This document shows positions 54,608 through 63,201 of a stretch of DNA of 64,000 bases, piece by piece. The notes beneath the pieces are model-generated. The model saw only the letters and a program-made list of their open reading frames with translations. It ran no database searches and had not been told where the DNA came from. This DNA comes from a virus. Each line of letters begins with the position of its first letter. The stretch's first letter is position 1. Location: IMG/VR virus record IMGVR_UViG_3300003320_000766. One strand, written 5' to 3'. The translations under genes and the position numbers were made by a program.

Positions 54608-54943
54608 TTACAAAAATACTTTTTTTTCCTGAGGGCCACCAAATTGATCAATCAAAACATTACACCCGGCGGCATTATATGAATAATATTCATCTATTGA
54701 CATGCCAATAGACTGATAATATTTCTCGTACATTTTATCTATATTACATATATCTGGCCTATCGTCGTATACAGTACAGCCAACCCCTTCTTCATATTTG
54801 GAACAAACAATGCCATTAATCTGAAAGGGGAAGGCCCTAACTTCTTGCAGCAACGCATTGCCCTTAGACATATCGTTTCGCGCTTCAGTTATGAGCCTTC
54901 CTATGGATTTACAGCATATCCCACATTTAGTGCAAGGAAACAT
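54608..54943 (-). CDS. YkgJ/FliB-like CxxCxxCC cysteine-cluster protein
   Basis: FPCTKCGICC...C......GCTVYDDRPDIC. Confidence 0.85.
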   Translation of the reverse strand: MFPCTKCGICCKSIGRLITEARNDMSKGNALLQEVRAFPFQINGIVCSKYEEGVGCTVYDDRPDICNIDKMYEKYYQSIGMSIDEYYSYNAAGCNVLIDQFGGPQEKKVFL

Positions 54944-55810
54944 TTATTCTTTAGGATTACCAAGTGAAATTAATTCCGCTTCCTCAACCTCTCCACGAAA
55001 ATACCCAAACAACACTCTAAACTCAGCTTGTTTCCAATCTGGATAGAATCCCATCAAATGAGACTCAAATCGGGACATTTGACTAAGCATATAAGCCTGG
55101 GACCCCTTTTCCAGAACGCCAACGTCCTTAACTTTCACTTTTTTACCCGTACTGGCTGCTTCCTTAATTATTTCTTTTCTTTTATTTTCGTTTTTCACCT
55201 TTTTACTAAGAACTATCGCAGCTGATGGACTCAACACACCGGTTTTTACCGCCATCTTGATGTCTTCCGGCCCCTTTGCCAACTTAAGGTAATCCTTCAC
55301 ATATGTCAAAGATTTACCTATCCGTTTGGCCACACTTTCTGGCGTATGCCCCAGATGAACTAATCTCATAAAAACATCAGCTGCCTCTATCGGCTCTAAA
55401 GCCTTATTATCCTGGGTGATGAACATTTTAAATAAACGCTCTTCCTCAGTAATTGATTTTGGATTGACAAAACACTCTACTGTCTTCACATCATGCCCAT
55501 TATCAATCAGCCATTGGTAAGCCCTATGCCTTCTATAACCATCATTAAGATATGCTACGATTTCCCCATCCACCTCAGCCACATCCACAATCAATGGGCT
55601 TTCTAATCCATTACTGAGAATAGATTTGGCTAATGCTTCAATATCGCCATATTCAATTCTGGCGTTGAATCCTGGACGTGGTCGAATCCTTTCAAAATCA
55701 AAGAAGAGGGTTTCTCTCCCTCTTCTTGTAGCCACCTCACGGGCTTTTCTTCCACTTAATACATTTTCTGCTGTAAGCTCGACGTGTTGATTAACTATTT
55801 TGTTCTCCAT
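54944..55810 (-). CDS. parB: ParB/Spo0J-like protein with CTPase motif and HTH
   Basis: ATG 55810; FNAR..DIEALAKSILSNGLESPL..DGYRRHRA; HTH TPESVAKRIGKSLTYVKDYLKL. Confidence 0.8.
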   Translation of the reverse strand: MENKIVNQHVELTAENVLSGRKAREVATRRGRETLFFDFERIRPRPGFNARIEYGDIEALAKSILSNGLESPLIVDVAEVDGEIVAYLNDGYRRHRAYQWLIDNGHDVKTVECFVNPKSITEEERLFKMFITQDNKALEPIEAADVFMRLVHLGHTPESVAKRIGKSLTYVKDYLKLAKGPEDIKMAVKTGVLSPSAAIVLSKKVKNENKRKEIIKEAASTGKKVKVKDVGVLEKGSQAYMLSQMSRFESHLMGFYPDWKQAEFRVLFGYFRGEVEEAELISLGNPKE

Positions 55811-55850
55811 TATTTCAAAGTGTTTTGACAAAAATAAAAATATTTTTTTA

Positions 55851-56606
55851 TTAATCAATGGCCAAAACATCAACAACGGCTATAACATCGAATTTTTTTT
55901 CAAAAACGGTCAATTCAAAATTACTTTCTTTTTCTGCTAAAACATAATCGCCTGATTTTAAACCTGTTTCAGGAGAAGAGAATAATACCCTTCTTTTAAT
56001 ATGAGTCGTTTCTTTGGCATTAAATCCGAATAACCCATTTGCTTGCACTGTTAGGTTACTGTTTTCCTGTTTGGGCTCACAAAAAATGAAATAATCATTT
56101 GGTATCAATTGACCATCGCGTATTACCCCTAATAACAATGAAATTTCATCTACATCTCCCTTTCTGGCGACAAATACATTTTTCTCTCCAGTATATTCCA
56201 TTTTAATTTTCTTCTCCCCTTGCGTCCCACCAATCTTTTTTTGTTGATAGTATGAAGTAACGACAATGTCTTTATCGTGTATACGAGACTGGCAAGGTAC
56301 ACTCACCACTTTATCATTTCCTTCCATGTACGCAACATATTCCGCGTCAGCATCCACTATATAATCTATTAAAGCGATATCGCCTATTTGAACATTTTTC
56401 ACTCCAGGAGACAATGCAATCACCTCTCCTACCTTTACACTGAGTTCGTATTTATCTACTTCTTCATATGAAGGAGCCTTTAAACACAATTTTATTTTTT
56501 CTCCAGTAGTAGTAATGATTTCTTTTTCCAGCAAATCAAGCTTGCTTTTTGCAGATAACTTTACAAGAATTCGAGGTATGCCTACTCCGTTTTTTGTTGT
56601 TTGCAT
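55851..56606 (-). CDS. Tandem double GroES-like protein
   Basis: Domain 1 GEVIALSP..VQIGDIALIDY; domain 2 IPNDYFIFCEP..LKSGDYVL..DVLAI. Confidence 0.65.
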   Translation of the reverse strand: MQTTKNGVGIPRILVKLSAKSKLDLLEKEIITTTGEKIKLCLKAPSYEEVDKYELSVKVGEVIALSPGVKNVQIGDIALIDYIVDADAEYVAYMEGNDKVVSVPCQSRIHDKDIVVTSYYQQKKIGGTQGEKKIKMEYTGEKNVFVARKGDVDEISLLLGVIRDGQLIPNDYFIFCEPKQENSNLTVQANGLFGFNAKETTHIKRRVLFSSPETGLKSGDYVLAEKESNFELTVFEKKFDVIAVVDVLAID

Positions 56607-56616
56607 ATGTTTATTT

Positions 56617-58602
56617 TTAGGTTCTTTTTGGTATCATAGCGCTCATCGCACTTTTTATGGCTTGATTTACTTGCGGAGTTACTAAAACATATTTTAATTT
56701 TGCAGCTCCTATAAAGGTCATTATCAATCCCATAACACAGTCAAATTTGGAACTTTTAGCCTTTTCAAAATCCTTCAATTGTTCAATCAATTCTTCAAAG
56801 ACAATTAGCTCCAACCAATCAATTCCTTCTTTAGGCTTTTTAATATATGCTTGAATAAGTTCTATTCCGTCTTTTATCACAGCCTGTGTTGTAAATGTAC
56901 CGTGAGCTCCTTGATCATCTGTCATTACAAAATCTGCCATTCCTCTTCCCCTAAACCAATCCCAGGTACTGGTTATCTGTCTCTCAGTATTTATTGGCCA
57001 TCCTAAAAAAAGACATAATAATCTTAATTGCTCATTAAAAAAATCTACGTCTTCGTCTCTCCCATACAACTGAAACATTAATTCATTTGCTCTTCCATTG
57101 TTCCAGTAGTCGAACTTCTGAAACCCATAAGCCGCATTCATACTTAAATGGTCTGACGTATTATCAGCTGTTCTTATAGGGTCATTTCCTATAACACCTT
57201 CAGGATTTAACGGCAACATCCATTTTTCAAGTCTTTTATTATACGTACAGCGATTAATTGTCTCTTTACTGGGCAGGTATTTAAATTTTATTATCCCTTT
57301 TTTATCGGGAATAAACTTAGCTCCTTCAGACGTAGGCTTCATAAAGCCTGGAGTATATAATTCTTTTGTTGCAGATAAAACAGTTATTTTTTTTGATTGG
57401 GCATCTAAGCGCATTCGTGAGAATGTACCGGATTCGCCAGCCGATGCCATAGCTTCTTCAGCAGTAAATGGATATTTTCTTACATGATAAAGATATTCCT
57501 TAGAAGATTCGCCATGTTCTGAAATAATGGAATTTCTTTTTGCCTGCAAGTATTCTTTAGCTGCATCCTGATCACATATACCGAATTTATCAATGAATTT
57601 TGCATATGCTACATATGCTGGTATAAAATATCTAAACAATCCACTTTTTGTTTCTCCGTATATATCTCTATCATTATAGTCGCTTTCCCCCCACAATTTA
57701 ATACCATCCTTTACCGCTTTATCATATGATTCATCATCCCCCATAGTAGCAAAAAGCGCGGCCTTTCCGACAATCTCGCCGCCAACTTGTAATGCCTCTT
57801 TTGTAATGTTCCAAGTATTATATACACTCGCTTTAGTCCATTTATATATTTCATCTAATATTACCAAATGCCATTTATGACCATCAAATGTTTTCGCTGT
57901 TGTAGATCGCGGACTTATCCATGATTTTAATCCTTCATCATCACTTCCAAAAAAATCTGTATCATCATCATTCTTTTTTACCTTAACCAGATTTTTTATA
58001 AATCTCATCTCTTTCTGAGGGACCTTGCCATTAGGTGTATAGATATCGGCCTTGACATATTTTGGACGAGACATATAGGATTCTGTCAATGGCCTAAACA
58101 TCGTCTCTATTGCTTTATCTTTATCTGTGGAAGCTAATCCTATATGCATACCCTCTTGTGACATAGCCTTTCTAATCGCACGAGATATGGCGATAGCAGT
58201 ATATCCATAACGACGTGGCTTGATAACTATTTCTCCATAACAATGCTCATCCCTGGCAACAATTTCTTGAAAATAAAAATCCAGGCGTTGGGCATCATAG
58301 AACTTGGGAGGGCCAGAGAAGTCGGGATAATTATTATATCTCAAAAAGTCGTAATGACCTCCTGTTAAATACACTGGTTCCCCATTCAAAAACATCCAAA
58401 CTCCTTCTTCTATCCTTCGGCGCTCTTCTTCAATGAAGAGTCCCTTTTCCATTGCAGTAGCATGTTTCATATCAGGCATTTTGGGTCTAACCCAATATTG
58501 CTCTGATTTCTTTTTGTCATAGAACAGGATTTCCTTCTCATTATTTGGCATTTTTGGAAGCTCAAACTTGTAACAATCCTGGATAGTTATTATTTCTCCC
58601 AT
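56617..58602 (-). CDS. terL: Terminase large subunit
   Basis: Walker A VIKPRRYGYT, Walker B LVILDE, nuclease VIGNDP and FDCVMG. Confidence 0.9.
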   Translation of the reverse strand: MGEIITIQDCYKFELPKMPNNEKEILFYDKKKSEQYWVRPKMPDMKHATAMEKGLFIEEERRRIEEGVWMFLNGEPVYLTGGHYDFLRYNNYPDFSGPPKFYDAQRLDFYFQEIVARDEHCYGEIVIKPRRYGYTAIAISRAIRKAMSQEGMHIGLASTDKDKAIETMFRPLTESYMSRPKYVKADIYTPNGKVPQKEMRFIKNLVKVKKNDDDTDFFGSDDEGLKSWISPRSTTAKTFDGHKWHLVILDEIYKWTKASVYNTWNITKEALQVGGEIVGKAALFATMGDDESYDKAVKDGIKLWGESDYNDRDIYGETKSGLFRYFIPAYVAYAKFIDKFGICDQDAAKEYLQAKRNSIISEHGESSKEYLYHVRKYPFTAEEAMASAGESGTFSRMRLDAQSKKITVLSATKELYTPGFMKPTSEGAKFIPDKKGIIKFKYLPSKETINRCTYNKRLEKWMLPLNPEGVIGNDPIRTADNTSDHLSMNAAYGFQKFDYWNNGRANELMFQLYGRDEDVDFFNEQLRLLCLFLGWPINTERQITSTWDWFRGRGMADFVMTDDQGAHGTFTTQAVIKDGIELIQAYIKKPKEGIDWLELIVFEELIEQLKDFEKAKSSKFDCVMGLIMTFIGAAKLKYVLVTPQVNQAIKSAMSAMIPKRT

Positions 58603-58653
58603 AAAAAAAGGATAAGCATATACAAGTTACAAAATAAACTTGCATATGCTTAT
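58603..58653 (-). terminator. 17-bp hairpin plus U7 abutting the terL start
   Basis: ATAAGCATATGCAAGTT-loop-AACTTGTATATGCTTAT-CC-TTTTTTT-ATG. Confidence 0.6.
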
Positions 58654-58679
58654 TAATCTACTCGGTTGGCTGAACTCTA

Positions 58680-58907
58680 TTATTTCCAGGTGGCTGCTTT
58701 AACGCCATTCATTTGAGCATCTACTACGAGCTCTATAGCGTGTTTGAAAAACCCTTTGGCATCTACATCGATGGTAAGCTGAGATTCTTCGTGTAAAGCG
58801 TCAATTAATGCTGCCGCTTTTTCTTTAATAGAATTAACGCTCTGTATTCCACTTGGATTAAATGAAAGACCAACGCGCTTCTGACCATAAGATAATGTTC
58901 CTTCCAT
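58680..58907 (-). CDS. Acb2/Tad1-like helical-hairpin protein (nucleotide-sponge candidate)
   Basis: GQKRVGLSFNPSG..VNSIKEKAAALID...AQMNGVKAATWK pattern recalled for this family. Confidence 0.55.
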   Translation of the reverse strand: MEGTLSYGQKRVGLSFNPSGIQSVNSIKEKAAALIDALHEESQLTIDVDAKGFFKHAIELVVDAQMNGVKAATWK

Positions 58908-58960
58908 GTTTTAATATTATTTTGAAATAAAATGCTAAAATAGCAAATATTTCAAATTAA

Positions 58961-59212
58961 TTACCGTGGAAGTTTATCCTCTATATAATTAACTATATCT
59001 TCAACTTTTTCGAAGTCCTCCATTACCTCATCCGGTATACTCATAGAAAAATCCACCTCTATTGCCATGATGATTTCTATTTGATCTAAAGAATCTGCAC
59101 CGAGATCATTTACAATATGAGACTCATATTTCACTTCTGACTCTTCGATGATCAATTTTTCCACAATTACTCGTCTTACTCGTTTAAAAATTTCATTTTT
59201 CTTAATGGGCAT
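58961..59212 (-). CDS. acpP: Acyl carrier protein
   Basis: DLGADSLD phosphopantetheine site; acidic 83 aa; SIPDE..VEDIVNYI. Confidence 0.92.
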   Translation of the reverse strand: MPIKKNEIFKRVRRVIVEKLIIEESEVKYESHIVNDLGADSLDQIEIIMAIEVDFSMSIPDEVMEDFEKVEDIVNYIEDKLPR

Positions 59213-59213
59213 A

Positions 59214-59588
59214 TTATATGAATTTTTTATGGTTTTCTTTATTGAATGAGAAGGATAACATCCAATTTTTAATATCCATAAATTCGCTTTTTATCGGTAA
59301 AACGCTAAAGTATGGATGTATTGTTTTTTGTTCACGGTAATAAAAAAGAAGGCTTTTCCATTCCTGTGGTTTAGTGTCCTTAATGACATCTTTTATTAAA
59401 ACGTCTGGATGTTGTTGATAATATATCCATATATCTGATTCTGCTTTTTCTTCTTCCACTTCAATTATCCCTTTGTTTCTGATAACATACATAGTTGCCA
59501 TGTAAGAAGCAGCATCATTAAATGGAATGGCATATTCATTAAATGAATCTCTGAATATTAAAGCTCTTTCTTCCATGTCAATTTTCAA
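59214..59588 (-). CDS. Hypothetical protein
   Basis: ORF track; start may be 59576. Confidence 0.6.
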   Translation of the reverse strand: MKIDMEERALIFRDSFNEYAIPFNDAASYMATMYVIRNKGIIEVEEEKAESDIWIYYQQHPDVLIKDVIKDTKPQEWKSLLFYYREQKTIHPYFSVLPIKSEFMDIKNWMLSFSFNKENHKKFI

Positions 59589-60456
59589 AGTTTACCAAGT
59601 AATTAACATCCATATCTACAGGATTACGGACCATTTTATTCCTATACAAGATATAAGAAAGATTGTCATTATACTGAGGGATTTCATGATATGAATTACC
59701 AATGGACAGATGGCATAGTGTATTGATAAATACACTATCCTGTTGATGAATAAAAGTGAGGAATTCTTGATGATCTGCATTCAAAATAAATTTCACCACA
59801 CGTGTATTAAAAAGAAAATTCCCCTGATGGATGATTTTATTTATATCCTGTAAGGAGTGAATACTATGATGATTCAGATCATTTTCTATCTGAGGAGCGA
59901 CCGATTTATTCATTAATATAGCATAATAAATGAAATATATGCTGGATGCTTGCACATTTTGTGCTTCCAACATTTTCTTAATCATTCTTTCATGGCTACC
60001 AGTAATATAAACATCATCCATCATAATTACCGTTTTCCCCTTTAGGAATACTGCATCCACATAAAAAGAATCATTTCCTATCAAATTCATTCTTTCTTCA
60101 GCAGACATTCCACCATAATCTTCCCGATAAGTAACCTTACGGTATATCCTGGCCTCTTCAACTACTGGCAGCTTTTTAAGCATCAAAGCATAATTCAATT
60201 TCTGAACGAAATAATCTTTCATTGCAAAAGTTGCCGTTGGAATAAATTGATAAGGACTACTGACAACTACTATTTGTCCCAAAGACTCCAGTTTATGTTC
60301 AATTCCTTCTAAAAATCCTTTTGCAAGATCAAATCCAAATTCTCTTGCTATATTTTTACATCCAAACTTAAATTTACTATAGTCAGATGCACTGAAAGAT
60401 AGTTTTGAGGTATCTGCACTAGTGATGTGATGTAGCCCATATCTGGTAGTGATCAT
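59578..60456 (-). CDS. Phosphoribosyltransferase-like protein (Ter-associated PRTase type)
   Basis: YSKFKFG; SSPYQFIPTA; PRPP-binding IMMDDVYITGSHE. Confidence 0.8.
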   Translation of the reverse strand: MITTRYGLHHITSADTSKLSFSASDYSKFKFGCKNIAREFGFDLAKGFLEGIEHKLESLGQIVVVSSPYQFIPTATFAMKDYFVQKLNYALMLKKLPVVEEARIYRKVTYREDYGGMSAEERMNLIGNDSFYVDAVFLKGKTVIMMDDVYITGSHERMIKKMLEAQNVQASSIYFIYYAILMNKSVAPQIENDLNHHSIHSLQDINKIIHQGNFLFNTRVVKFILNADHQEFLTFIHQQDSVFINTLCHLSIGNSYHEIPQYNDNLSYILYRNKMVRNPVDMDVNYLVNFEN

Positions 60457-61037
60457 AATTTTGTAATTATAGCGTTATACAAATTTTTATTCCATTTCGC
60501 ATCTTCCAAGGCATGATGTTCATTCTCTGGATCGGGACAACAAGTTTCTTTCCATTCTTTCGTTAAACCGCGCTCCCACATCATTTGTTTCAAATCAATA
60601 CAAAACATAGGAAATCCTATCGGTAGGTCCATCATAGTTCCAAATAAAGAACAAAATAATACCCAATCGTAGTCTGAGTAATATCCATATACTTCAATAC
60701 CATCAGGAGCTTTCCAATTTTTACCATCAGACACACAGCCAAAAAAGTTTAATATTTCTTTGCGGATAACAGTATTCGATTTCCAATAAGCTGCTTCTTT
60801 ATGCATCCTTGGAGAGTCGTCTGGCCAAGAAGCATATTTAGACGGCAGTTGTGATAGCACATTTTTATTGACCCACGCATTTGCATCCTTTATGTCAAAA
60901 TCCATACTAATTCCATAATATTCTCTCCCACTTTCATCAACCAAGCCAATACTAATAAGGTCTATAAAATGTCTTTTTTTGCCCAAAAAAGGCTTATGGA
61001 ATCCTTCTATAAATTCAGTATCGATAAAATACTTCAT
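60453..61037 (-). CDS. DEDDh 3'-5' exoribonuclease, Rv2179c-like
   Basis: FIDTEF; LISIGLV; YDWVLF; HHALEDAKWN. Confidence 0.85.
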   Translation of the reverse strand: MKYFIDTEFIEGFHKPFLGKKRHFIDLISIGLVDESGREYYGISMDFDIKDANAWVNKNVLSQLPSKYASWPDDSPRMHKEAAYWKSNTVIRKEILNFFGCVSDGKNWKAPDGIEVYGYYSDYDWVLFCSLFGTMMDLPIGFPMFCIDLKQMMWERGLTKEWKETCCPDPENEHHALEDAKWNKNLYNAIITKL

Positions 61038-61753
61038 GATGATATTTTTAGCATGTTATGAATGAATGAGAAATTTACCCCGTCTGATTTATCTCCAACC
61101 AATTGGCATGTCATACCATATATTGCAGCAGCTCCATCACACACTACAGAATCTCCTATATGGCATATTTCATTACGTGAAACGCCTTCTGATGTTTTTA
61201 TATACTGTACGTTGGTATACAGCATATCGTATATTTTTTTATTTGGTTTACTAATCCCCACCTCATCACTAAAGATTTCAAATGAAAAATACTTTTTCAT
61301 CCCTAACATGTCCAATGCTTTTCTTATAACATCTCCACTTATAAATCCAGTATTGGATAATATACTAATTGAGATATTATTCTCTTTGAGGAATTCCATC
61401 AACTCCCATATGCCTTTATCTGCTATTAATGGGAGGTCATTCAAGAAAATATTCGTTATCATATCTTGAATAAATCTTAAATCTAAATGCGCTGCATTCA
61501 TTTCATGTAAAGCAAATGCTAACATAAAATCAGATGATACTGCCTGTCCATCTATTTCAGCAATTGCGTCAAACCGTTTTGATACTTTACTCATAATATA
61601 TTCGATATCAGATACCGTCAATATTTTCCGATTAAACCCTGATTCTGAACTGGATCGAATAGCATGATGTAGATAATTGGCTCGATATTTTTTGAATTTA
61701 GGATTTGACTTAAATATGGTATTCCATATATCAAACGAAACATGTTTTATCAT
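61034..61753 (-). CDS. HAD-superfamily hydrolase
   Basis: SFDIWNT; LSNTG; SKPNKKIY; HIGDS..DG. Confidence 0.88.
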   Translation of the reverse strand: MIKHVSFDIWNTIFKSNPKFKKYRANYLHHAIRSSSESGFNRKILTVSDIEYIMSKVSKRFDAIAEIDGQAVSSDFMLAFALHEMNAAHLDLRFIQDMITNIFLNDLPLIADKGIWELMEFLKENNISISILSNTGFISGDVIRKALDMLGMKKYFSFEIFSDEVGISKPNKKIYDMLYTNVQYIKTSEGVSRNEICHIGDSVVCDGAAAIYGMTCQLVGDKSDGVNFSFIHNMLKISS

Positions 61754-61835
61754 ACTATAAATTTAGACGTGTGAAATATTTTAATAACTCATTCCGTGAA
61801 GACAGAATAAGATTTCATTATCTCAACAAAACCCG

Positions 61836-61877
61836 GTGAAAAGCAAGGAATCGAACCTTGATCAACCATTCTTTTCA
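61836..61877 (-). ncRNA. tRNA-like minihelix (acceptor stem + T-arm, no anticodon arm)
   Basis: UGAAAAG / AAUGGUUGAU / CAAGG-UUCGAUU-CCUUG / CUUUUCA-C. Confidence 0.5.
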
Positions 61878-61878
61878 A

Positions 61879-61906
61879 AAATAGGGCAGGAATTCCTGCC
61901 CTATTT
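61879..61906 (-). terminator. Perfect 28-bp palindrome, likely terminator
   Basis: AAATAGGGCAGGAATTCCTGCCCTATTT followed by TT on the - strand. Confidence 0.75.
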
Positions 61907-61932
61907 GCATTCTCAATTACAGTCACAAAATA

Positions 61933-62385
61933 TTATTTGATCTCAGGCCAGTCCCAGGAAAATTGTTCCGGGTCACTGTCTAAAGGCAGCGCTTGTCTGT
62001 TTGGTACATTTTTATAAACTTTCGGGGTTTCGTCACTTACATTGAACACACGCAGATTTAGCTCATTGTTTGGTAACACCTGCACAACCACTGCTGCATT
62101 CGTTTCAGCTCCTTCAGTACGTGCATATGTATCCGATACTCCAGGAAAGAATGTTACGATACGACCGACTGAAGCAGGCTTAATTGGAGCAGGAGCAGGA
62201 GTAGGAGCAGAAACGACATCTGGTGAATTTACCGGGCCAGTGGCGTTTGTGTCAGGTGGTATTGCGCCTTCAGATACTCCCTGATTTACATTTTGTTCGC
62301 TTGTTGTCCCAACGACGTTAGAAGGAGCATTTTGTTGATCAGTAGTTTGTGGTACTTGTTCCACACTTTGATTTTGTGTTTCCAT
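61933..62385 (-). CDS. Hypothetical phage protein with low-complexity N-terminus
   Basis: C-terminal PASVGRIVTF..AAVVVQV..LNLRVF..SWDWPE domain common in phages. Confidence 0.7.
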   Translation of the reverse strand: METQNQSVEQVPQTTDQQNAPSNVVGTTSEQNVNQGVSEGAIPPDTNATGPVNSPDVVSAPTPAPAPIKPASVGRIVTFFPGVSDTYARTEGAETNAAVVVQVLPNNELNLRVFNVSDETPKVYKNVPNRQALPLDSDPEQFSWDWPEIK

Positions 62386-62407
62386 TTTAAATTGTTTTTG
62401 AAATTGT

Positions 62408-62578
62408 TATGAGATAATACTGGGAGGGCCTGTCTGTATTTCCCTCCCAGATAAAGGGTATTCGACTGGGTTCAATCAGTCAATTTGCACGCCAATCATC
62501 TCATACATTAACATTTTGATTAAAAATGCTTCCTTCTACTGAATTCCACATAGACAGGAAGATAATCTATCTGGAATT
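62408..62578 (-). ncRNA. Candidate structured RNA in TerD-downstream intergenic region
   Basis: 11-bp closing stem, two internal hairpins, and an upstream hairpin whose loop is complementary to an internal loop. Confidence 0.4.
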
Positions 62579-62600
62579 ATTACATAGGATATATAATCCG

Positions 62601-63152
62601 TTATTGATATCTGGAAATAAAGCTTTCCATTGAGATACGTTCGCCAACCCCATCTCCTTTGAATTTCCACTCACCGTCTTTTTTATACAGCTCGCCGAAA
62701 ACAACAAGCGTTTCTACAGAATAGTCTTCTGTAAGATCGTATTTTGCAATTTCTTCATTCGTTTGTTGATTATACAAACGAATGAAAGCATTTTTTACTT
62801 GACCGAAATTCTGTCCAGAATAGGAGTTAACCACAAACAGAACCTTAGTAGTTCCTTCTGGAAGTGTGTTGAGATTTACAGATATTGTTTCATCATCACC
62901 ATCACCTTCCCCTGTTAAATTATCTCCGGAATGGACAACTGAACCATCAGGAGACTTAAGGTTCCTGAAATAAACGAAATTCTTTTCCTGCGCCAGCTTA
63001 TCTTGTTCATTCAATATTAATGCGCTTGCATCCAGGTCTATCTTTTTTCCAGATGCGACCGCATCCCATCCCAGTCCTAAAGATGCTATGACTAGCCCAG
63101 CAGCTTCTTTACTCAGGTTGATGTTCTGCCCTTTGATTAAATTGATGCTCAT
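62601..63152 (-). CDS. terD: TerD-family stress protein
   Basis: INLIKGQNINL..LGLGWD..DLDASA..SGDNLTGEGDGDDETI..GEWKF. Confidence 0.9.
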   Translation of the reverse strand: MSINLIKGQNINLSKEAAGLVIASLGLGWDAVASGKKIDLDASALILNEQDKLAQEKNFVYFRNLKSPDGSVVHSGDNLTGEGDGDDETISVNLNTLPEGTTKVLFVVNSYSGQNFGQVKNAFIRLYNQQTNEEIAKYDLTEDYSVETLVVFGELYKKDGEWKFKGDGVGERISMESFISRYQ

Positions 63153-63182
63153 TTTGCTTTTTTGTGTTTTGATTATATAATA

Positions 63183-63198
63183 TGTTCCACATGGAACG
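63183..63198. promoter_or_regulatory. parS-like site TGTTCCACATGGAACG
   Basis: Near-match to the parS consensus, intergenic. Confidence 0.65.
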
Positions 63199-63201
63199 TT
63201 T

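Noticed and set aside
61836-61877. Complete tRNA gene
   Set aside because: Only 10 nt between acceptor 5' strand and T-arm, so no D or anticodon arm; reported as a mimic instead.
62408-62505. TPP riboswitch resemblance (GGCGUGC...AUACCC...GGGA)
   Set aside because: Lacks the UGAGA junction and the P4/P5 CUGAU..UAAU..GCG motifs; P2 has a C-C mismatch.
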